Assembly (NCBI GenBank): GCA_963733055.1
Contig: CAVTBR010000003.1
Span: 544,001-608,000, forward strand
DNA from: Candidatus Bathyarchaeota archaeon
GTDB taxonomy: Archaea; Thermoproteota; Bathyarchaeia; 40CM-2-53-6
DNA: 64,000 nucleotides
Reading direction: 5' to 3'
Every line of letters begins with the position of its first letter. The stretch's first letter is position 1. This document shows positions 57,800 to 64,000 of the stretch, one piece after another. Below the pieces are notes generated by a model that had not been told where the DNA came from, made no database searches, and saw only the letters and a program-made list of their open reading frames with translations. The position numbers were made by a program, and so were the translations under genes.

Positions 57800-58147
57800 T
57801 TGCTGAACTCAACAAGTACGTTGAAAGTTTCGCTCACTGAAAAGGCGGCCGAGAAGGTCAAGACGGTTATAGAGAAACAGGGCAAACAAAATGCCGGATT
57901 ACGCCTTTACGTTTCGGGCGGAGGGTGTAGTGGTTTTCAGTACGGCTTAGCTGTCGATGAGAAGAACGACGGCGACCAGGTGATCGACTCACACGGCGTG
58001 ACCCTTCTGATCGACGAACAAAGCGCACAATACATTGACGGTTCCGAGGTTGACTACGTGGAAACGGTAATGGGCGAAGGATTCAAAGTCAACAACCCAA
58101 ACGCGACTGAGACGTGCGGCTGCGGCCACTCGTTTAAGCCCAAGTAA
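57800..58147 (+). CDS. HesB/IscA/ErpA Fe-S cluster carrier
   Basis: GGGCSGFQY, NPNATETCGCGHSF. Confidence 0.95.
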   Translation: MLNSTSTLKVSLTEKAAEKVKTVIEKQGKQNAGLRLYVSGGGCSGFQYGLAVDEKNDGDQVIDSHGVTLLIDEQSAQYIDGSEVDYVETVMGEGFKVNNPNATETCGCGHSFKPK

Positions 58148-58213
58148 TCCTCCGAAATCTAACCCGGTTTTAGAGAAACTCTCTACCGAGCCATTATGTC
58201 CAGCAGTGTGAGC

Positions 58214-59755
58214 CTAGCAGGGCTCTATTGTTGAGGGTGGCTTGGAAGAGATTGCGTATGTCACCCAGGTAACTCCCTGAACTTCGCCAGTAATTCGATT
58301 ACTAATCGTTTCTAACACATCGTTCGGAATCTTTGCCCAATCAGCCGTCATTCCATCTGACGACTTCATGATTCTGATCGTAACGAGGTGGCCTAGTTGT
58401 CGATGGTCGCCCAACACGCCGACTGCCATATCATCTCCCACAACCGCGAACGCTTGCCAGACCTCATCGTAAAACCCGCTCTTTGATAGCTCATCTTCAA
58501 CGATTGCACTGGCCTGACGACAAATCCGAAGCTTATCCTCCGTGACCTCGCCGATTACACGAACGGCCAACCCGGGGCCAGGAAACGGGTGTGTATGTAC
58601 AATGGAATCGGGCAAGCCCAATTCCTTCGCCACCTGGCGGACTTCGTCCTTGTATAGTGATCTGAGCGGTTCTATGATCTTGAATTTCGACCAGTCAGGT
58701 ACTCCTCCGACATTATGATGGGTTTTGATTCGTGAAGCGGGGCTCCCAGTTCCAGCGCTTTCGATTACGTCGGGATAAAGTGTACCTTGAGCTAACCACT
58801 CAAAGCTGCCAAGCTTGGTGCTCTCTTCCTCGAATACCCTGATGAATTCCGCACCAACGACCTTACGTTTCTCTTCTGGATCGTGAATCCCCTTAAGCCT
58901 CTGGAGAAATTGGTTTGATGCATCTACATATCGGACATTGATTCTCATGTCCTCACTTAAGGTCTTGAGAACTCGCTTCTCTTCGTTCTGCCTCAGAAGA
59001 CCATGATTGACGAAGATGCACGTGAGTCTACTCCCCACAGCCTTGTGAACCAGAACCGCAGCGGTTGTGGAGTCAACCCCTCCACTGACAGCACAGAGGA
59101 CACGCTGATCACCAACTCGTGCTTTAATCTCGTTAACTGCCGACTCAACAATAGAGTGGGGAGTCCAGGTCCTTTGGCAATTGCTTATCGCCGTAAAGTT
59201 CCGGATGATATCATTTCCATGTTCGGTATGTGAGACTTCAGGATGAAATTGAACACCGTACAGTTTTCGACTTCTATCCCGGATCGCCGCAGTCGGACAG
59301 TTCTCAGAGGTGGCGATGACATCGAATCCTTCAGGGAGAGCCTCCGCATAGTCGCCATGGCTCATCCACGATACGATTTGTTTGCCTAAACCTCGAAGGA
59401 GATCTGTGTCGTCCCTGATCTCAAGCTTAGTTTTTCCGTACTCGTGTCGCTTCGTCGCCTTGACATGCCCTCCTAACATTTGGACCATTACTTGGAGGCC
59501 ATAACAGATCCCAAGTACGGGTATGTCTAGGTTGAAAATCTGAGGATCACACTTTGGGGCATTGTCATCATAGACGCTCGTTGGGCCCCCGGAGAGAACT
59601 AACCCTTTCGCGTTTGCTTCCGTTAATTCCTGAGGTTTGACTGTGAAGGGGAAAAGGTCCGCATAAACTTGGCATTCCCTGATCCGCCGCGTTATTAGAT
59701 GGGAGTATTGGCCGCCAAAATCTAGAACTGCGATTAGTTCTTTGGGCATCGCCAA
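58214..59755 (-). CDS. guaA: GMP synthase (fused GATase + ATPPase)
   Basis: LDFGGQY, GICYG, QFHPEV, SGGVDS, IKTHHNVGG, KPPSTIE. Confidence 0.96.
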   Translation of the reverse strand: MAMPKELIAVLDFGGQYSHLITRRIRECQVYADLFPFTVKPQELTEANAKGLVLSGGPTSVYDDNAPKCDPQIFNLDIPVLGICYGLQVMVQMLGGHVKATKRHEYGKTKLEIRDDTDLLRGLGKQIVSWMSHGDYAEALPEGFDVIATSENCPTAAIRDRSRKLYGVQFHPEVSHTEHGNDIIRNFTAISNCQRTWTPHSIVESAVNEIKARVGDQRVLCAVSGGVDSTTAAVLVHKAVGSRLTCIFVNHGLLRQNEEKRVLKTLSEDMRINVRYVDASNQFLQRLKGIHDPEEKRKVVGAEFIRVFEEESTKLGSFEWLAQGTLYPDVIESAGTGSPASRIKTHHNVGGVPDWSKFKIIEPLRSLYKDEVRQVAKELGLPDSIVHTHPFPGPGLAVRVIGEVTEDKLRICRQASAIVEDELSKSGFYDEVWQAFAVVGDDMAVGVLGDHRQLGHLVTIRIMKSSDGMTADWAKIPNDVLETISNRITGEVQGVTWVTYAISSKPPSTIEPC

Positions 59756-59820
59756 TCAGTTATGGTTATGGTCTTGGTTAGATTAACGTTACCGGCCGCA
59801 AGGAAACGAGAAGAGAATAA

Positions 59821-60354
59821 CTAGCTTATTCTTTTCAGACCTTTTGGATACCTCAATGCGAGATCCGCGTAAGCGTCCTTGTACTTGCTCCAGAGTAACT
59901 TGTCAGAATCAGATACGTCTCGAATGACTTTTGCAGGTACTCCAACCGCGACCTTGCCGTCAGGTATCGATTGATTACTTGTAACTACCGCTCCCTCGCC
60001 AACGATGCTCCAAACGCCCACTGACCCGTAATCGCTAACAATCGCGCCCACTCCAATCACGGCATAATCCTTGATGGTACAGTTATGAAGCAATGCGCCG
60101 TGGCCGATCTGAACATGGTTCCCTACTAAGCATGTCTCGTTGATACGGGCGTGAAGTACACAATTCTCCTGAATGCTGGTTTTGTTGCCAATTATTATGG
60201 CCCCGTAATCGCCCCTGATTCTAGCGCCAGGGCCAATGAAGCATTGTTCCCCGATCTTTACGTCACCCAACACCTTCGCGTCTTCATCGACATAGGCATT
60301 CGAAGCGATCCAAGGCACGCGCCCCTCGAATTCATATATCGTCATTAAGACCAT
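59821..60354 (-). CDS. Gamma-carbonic anhydrase family (PaaY/CaiE-like) hexapeptide protein
   Basis: IRGD, SIQENCVLH, IGHGALLH, GVPAKVIR. Confidence 0.9.
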   Translation of the reverse strand: MVLMTIYEFEGRVPWIASNAYVDEDAKVLGDVKIGEQCFIGPGARIRGDYGAIIIGNKTSIQENCVLHARINETCLVGNHVQIGHGALLHNCTIKDYAVIGVGAIVSDYGSVGVWSIVGEGAVVTSNQSIPDGKVAVGVPAKVIRDVSDSDKLLWSKYKDAYADLALRYPKGLKRIS

Positions 60355-60446
60355 CCGAGATACTTTTTTACACGATCAATGCAACGTGCTGCAACACCCT
60401 CTTAACTGTGACCGACTTCAGGCGAATCAAGGTGGCATAGTCCTCA

Positions 60447-60926
60447 GTGTCCACAAAGGAAAACTTTCTCAGAGTCATGGAAATATTCAGTCGCAAAAAT
60501 GAAGTTGGAAGAACTGACGAGGGGTTCAATTTCTGTCCGACCTGCGGGGTCCCAGCTTCACAAACTCACACGCAAGAAGAGTCAGTGATCCATAATGTGG
60601 AAACTTGTCGGCTCGTGAACCTTGTTTTATCGGAATTAGGAGTTAGCCTCGGGCAAACAATTCGAGTTGACATCTACCCCGGGGCGGGACCGTTGAGGGG
60701 GTTCTACTTTACAGCCGATCCGTATAGCATCCACATCTCTGAAGAGGCCTATTCACAAATCCGAGAGTACATCATATTCCACGAAACCAAGCATTTGGTC
60801 GATTGTCTGACGATTGGACGAAGCGAGGAGGTGACACCCGATCACTTTGCGCGAGCACTATGCGTTAGGTATGGGTACACGTGCCCGCCTGAAAACCCTG
60901 TGACGCCTTGGTCTGCCTACGCGTAA
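60447..60926 (+). CDS. Small zinc-finger plus zincin-like (HExxH) protein
   Basis: FCPTCG...H...C; GFY...IHI...IIFHETKH...E. Confidence 0.6.
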   Translation: MSTKENFLRVMEIFSRKNEVGRTDEGFNFCPTCGVPASQTHTQEESVIHNVETCRLVNLVLSELGVSLGQTIRVDIYPGAGPLRGFYFTADPYSIHISEEAYSQIREYIIFHETKHLVDCLTIGRSEEVTPDHFARALCVRYGYTCPPENPVTPWSAYA

Positions 60927-61324
60927 GCGTTTACTTTCGCTTCTAACTGGCTCTTCGGAAGCATCCCTACGACACGGTCCACTTCCTTACCTTCCTTCAT
61001 CACTAACAGGGTTGGTATTGCCATCACTCCGTATTTTTGGGCAGTCTCCGGATTTTCGTCGACGTTGAGTTTACCGAAAACGACTTTGCCACTGTATTCC
61101 TTCGCTAGTTCTTCAACTATCGGGGCAATTGCTCGGCATGGGGCACACCACGCCGCCCAGCAATCAACGACTATCAAGGGGTAGTTTTTCATGGTCTGCT
61201 CGAAGTTTCGATCGCTTACCACGATCGGCTTCTCAATTTTCGGGGTTGACAATTGATTTTTCAACTCTCGCATTCGTTTTTCTCGGATCTGCTCAAGCTC
61301 ATCCAAGACCTGGGCCTCGTCCAC
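60917..61324 (-). CDS. trxA: Thioredoxin
   Basis: WAAWCAPC, KLNVDEN, IPTL; TTTATAA about 27 nt upstream of GTG 61324. Confidence 0.93.
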   Translation of the reverse strand: MDEAQVLDELEQIREKRMRELKNQLSTPKIEKPIVVSDRNFEQTMKNYPLIVVDCWAAWCAPCRAIAPIVEELAKEYSGKVVFGKLNVDENPETAQKYGVMAIPTLLVMKEGKEVDRVVGMLPKSQLEAKVNAYA

Positions 61325-61466
61325 AATCGTTTGCGAAAAGTTCTCTCTCGTTATAAAGCTACCCTGCAACTCCCTCAACGGACAGCGTGAAATCTTCTCG
61401 CTCTGACAATCAGACATTGCTCTCGCCAAGCTTAAGAACCGATGAAAAGCTAAGACCCTTCGCGTT

Positions 61467-62624
61467 GTGACTGATTTGCCGTTGAACTTTGATTTCAGCG
61501 AAGAACAGGAACTCTTCCGCAGAACAGTTCGCGAGTTCGCGAAGCGGGAGATCGCCCCGAAGATTCGAGGCTACGAAAGAAAGAGAGAATTCCCGTGGGA
61601 CCTCTATAGAAAGATGGGGAGCGCCGGCCTTCTAGGCTTGAGGTTTCCGAGAGAATACGGCGGACAAGAAAGCGACGCAGTCACGATGGGTATCCTAGTC
61701 GAAGAGATTGCTCGCACGGGATGGCAAATTCCGCTCAGTGACATAATGGGAGAGATCCTCTCGCTCCATGGCCCGGAACCATTGAAGAAAGAGTGGCTTC
61801 CGGCAATGGCCAAAGGCGAACGAATGCTAGGCGTAGCAAATACAGAGCCATCAACAGGATCCGATGCCGCGGCGATTACTACTCGCGCAACGAAAAAGGG
61901 AGACAGCTATGTTCTAAACGGGGAAAAACAATTCATCACGGGAGTTAACGAATGCGGCGCATATTGCCTCTTAGCTAAGACTGATGCCGACAAAGGGGCT
62001 AGGGGCGTGAGCATGTTCTTCGTAGAGATGAACAGACCTGGAATCGAGAAATACGATTTCGACGCACTGGGATGGAGATTATTCTCGTTTGGAGGAATCG
62101 TGCTAAAAGACGTGACGATACCTGCATCAAATCTAATCGGCGAACAGAACCACGGATTCCACTACGTTATGGAAACTTTTGACCTAATGCGTTCTCTTAT
62201 CGCCGTTTGGTGTATTGGTTTAACGGAAAGTTCTATAGACGAAGGTATAGAGTATGCGAAACAACGAACAGCATTCGGGCGCCCGATAGCAAAATACGAA
62301 TCGGTACAATCCCGTATAGTGGAAGGTTATACGGAGCTTGAAGCAGCCCGGCTTCTTTCTTACAGAACCTTATGGCTGAAAGATAAGGGTCACAAGATCA
62401 CGAAGGATTCAGCCATGATTAAGTGGTATGTGCCCCAGCTGTGCTTTGGAATTGTGAATAATTGTCTTCAAAACCGCGGCGCCATCGGCTACACGACAGA
62501 ATGCATGGACGAGTATCGTCTGAGAGAGATTCGCGGAGCAATGATTGGGGACGGAACAACCGATATCAACAAAATAGTCGTCGCGCGGGAACTCCTCGGC
62601 AAGGAGTTCCTACCATACAGGTAA
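61467..62624 (+). CDS. Acyl-CoA dehydrogenase
   Basis: TEPSTGSDA, LNGEKQFIT, RTAFGRPI, IGDGT. Confidence 0.93.
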   Translation: MTDLPLNFDFSEEQELFRRTVREFAKREIAPKIRGYERKREFPWDLYRKMGSAGLLGLRFPREYGGQESDAVTMGILVEEIARTGWQIPLSDIMGEILSLHGPEPLKKEWLPAMAKGERMLGVANTEPSTGSDAAAITTRATKKGDSYVLNGEKQFITGVNECGAYCLLAKTDADKGARGVSMFFVEMNRPGIEKYDFDALGWRLFSFGGIVLKDVTIPASNLIGEQNHGFHYVMETFDLMRSLIAVWCIGLTESSIDEGIEYAKQRTAFGRPIAKYESVQSRIVEGYTELEAARLLSYRTLWLKDKGHKITKDSAMIKWYVPQLCFGIVNNCLQNRGAIGYTTECMDEYRLREIRGAMIGDGTTDINKIVVARELLGKEFLPYR

Positions 62625-62724
62625 ATTCCTGAAGAGAATCACGGACTGCGGTTGGGGTAGAATTGTCGGAGCAAAATCTCTCGGCCCCTAGGCCACTGTA
62701 GTCACACGACTGCTTTTGTGGAGA

Positions 62725-62961
62725 CTATTTCCCTTCGCTCACTATTGTCGTGAGCGTTGATCGGATCTTGTCGAGCCTGCGTACTTTCCATGTAATGACT
62801 TCCTTGAGGCGGTCCATTGAGTCTGTTTCGATTTTTGCCACGACATCATACACCCCATAGACAAAGTAGGATTCCTTGACTTCGGGAACTTCCCGGAGGC
62901 TCTTCAGAATCTCGTTTTCTGATCCAGCGTCAATATTCATAAAGACGAAGGCCTTTGGCAT
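62725..62961 (-). CDS. Lrp/AsnC ligand-binding domain protein
   Basis: MPKAFVFMN...VYGVYDVV...IRSTLT. Confidence 0.88.
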   Translation of the reverse strand: MPKAFVFMNIDAGSENEILKSLREVPEVKESYFVYGVYDVVAKIETDSMDRLKEVITWKVRRLDKIRSTLTTIVSEGK

Positions 62962-63027
62962 CGAAATTAACCCTGCTAAGGTAGTGAGGATGACCATTAT
63001 GAGATTATCCCTAATTTCCGGCCGAAT

Positions 63028-63933
63028 ATGTCAGGCGGCTTAAAAGTGGCTACCCAGATCGACCCAGCCTTACTACGGATAGAGGAGCTTGTCAAGCGAC
63101 GATCCTCCACTGACCGCAGGATGGGTTACGTATGGATGATAGTTCCACTACTTCCAGCACTTGCAGCCGTCGTTATTGGAGCATCAGTGCTGGGCATCTT
63201 GGCTTCGATTATTCCACGAATTAGCAGCATTACCCAGCCTCAAACAGCGCAGAACGCAATAACACCAATTGTGGGAGAAATCTTCGCGCTGTACGGTTTT
63301 GCGATTTTAGTGTACTACGTAGTTTTGCTTATCGGAGCTCTGGCTTTCTATTACATGATAGATCGTCGAAATCACCATTTTGTAAGACAACAATTACTAT
63401 TCTCAACACTTCACAGATATCTTGCCGCTAAGGCACCTGATTCCGAAAACGTTTCACGGCTTGGCCACATTCTGGAAGATTCCGGTTGCGATGAACGTGA
63501 TCGACCTGCCGGCGTTTGGGCGATACTTTTTCTGTTTGTGACACCCATAGTCGGCCTACTCGCGGCGTACAACCTAACCCAAGACCTGCGTAGACACGAG
63601 GATTCCCAATCGGTCTACCAAACCACGCTCGCCAATGCTTTCAGCGATGCGGGCGTGCAGCAGACGACCTTCGCTCCTTACAAGTCCCACCGAAGGGAAC
63701 CCTTTCTCTTTATCATACTTTCAGCAATTACTGCTGGACTTTTTTGGATATACTGGTTTTACACATTGCTTAAAGATTATAACGAGCATTTCTCAGACCA
63801 AGCAAAGGTCGAAGATCAAATCCTAAATTCTCTGAGACCACCACAAGCTACGAAACCATGCGGAGCATGCGGCGCCACCATCCCGCGCACCGCAAAGTTC
63901 TGCCCGATATGCGGAAAGGCCCAGACGATCTAG
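63028..63933 (+). CDS. DUF4234-like membrane protein with C-terminal zinc ribbon
   Basis: TMs, ILSAITAGLFWIYWFY..KDYNEH, CGAC...FCPICG. Confidence 0.75.
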   Translation: MSGGLKVATQIDPALLRIEELVKRRSSTDRRMGYVWMIVPLLPALAAVVIGASVLGILASIIPRISSITQPQTAQNAITPIVGEIFALYGFAILVYYVVLLIGALAFYYMIDRRNHHFVRQQLLFSTLHRYLAAKAPDSENVSRLGHILEDSGCDERDRPAGVWAILFLFVTPIVGLLAAYNLTQDLRRHEDSQSVYQTTLANAFSDAGVQQTTFAPYKSHRREPFLFIILSAITAGLFWIYWFYTLLKDYNEHFSDQAKVEDQILNSLRPPQATKPCGACGATIPRTAKFCPICGKAQTI

Positions 63934-64000
63934 GTGCAATACGTGCGGCCCGTGAGTATAGTAAAACAAGCATTCCAGCGGAACCGCGTTCTGCTCGTCG

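Noticed and set aside
416-63826. Many short overlapping or antisense ORFs in the track
   Set aside because: Shadows of well-supported genes on another frame or strand

Overview
Archaeal genomic window from a TACK-type archaeon; eL38, TBP, tetraether synthase, a DUF6659-like protein and an integrase ending ...LIEAGYQYV...LFRKRK suggest Bathyarchaeia (inference). The first ~2.8 kb is one end of an integrative element (type I HsdR, small PD-(D/E)XK nuclease, tyrosine integrase) inserted at the 3' end of a tRNA-Pro(GGG) gene. That tRNA gene (2744-2926, minus strand) is the standout. It parses cleanly into five exons (15, 8, 10, 15, 31 nt) and FOUR non-canonical introns (15/16, 20b/21, 30/31, 45/46), each with its own bulge-helix-type splice motif, and the integrase reading frame runs open back through it. 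The rest of the window holds a tRNA-maturation cluster (CCA, ThpR, RNase Z, Trm11), a MoxR/DUF58/DUF4129 operon, several surface-protein paralog pairs with archaeosortase-like signals and degenerate KaiC-like modules. It also holds a Tes-GGR lipid pair, LarB/LarE, a GT2 + radical SAM pair, an intron-containing tRNA-Val(GAC), an RHH-nucleotidyltransferase fusion and central metabolic genes. Five single-base frameshifts, two in essential genes, look like sequencing errors. All calls are by eye; no database searches were run.
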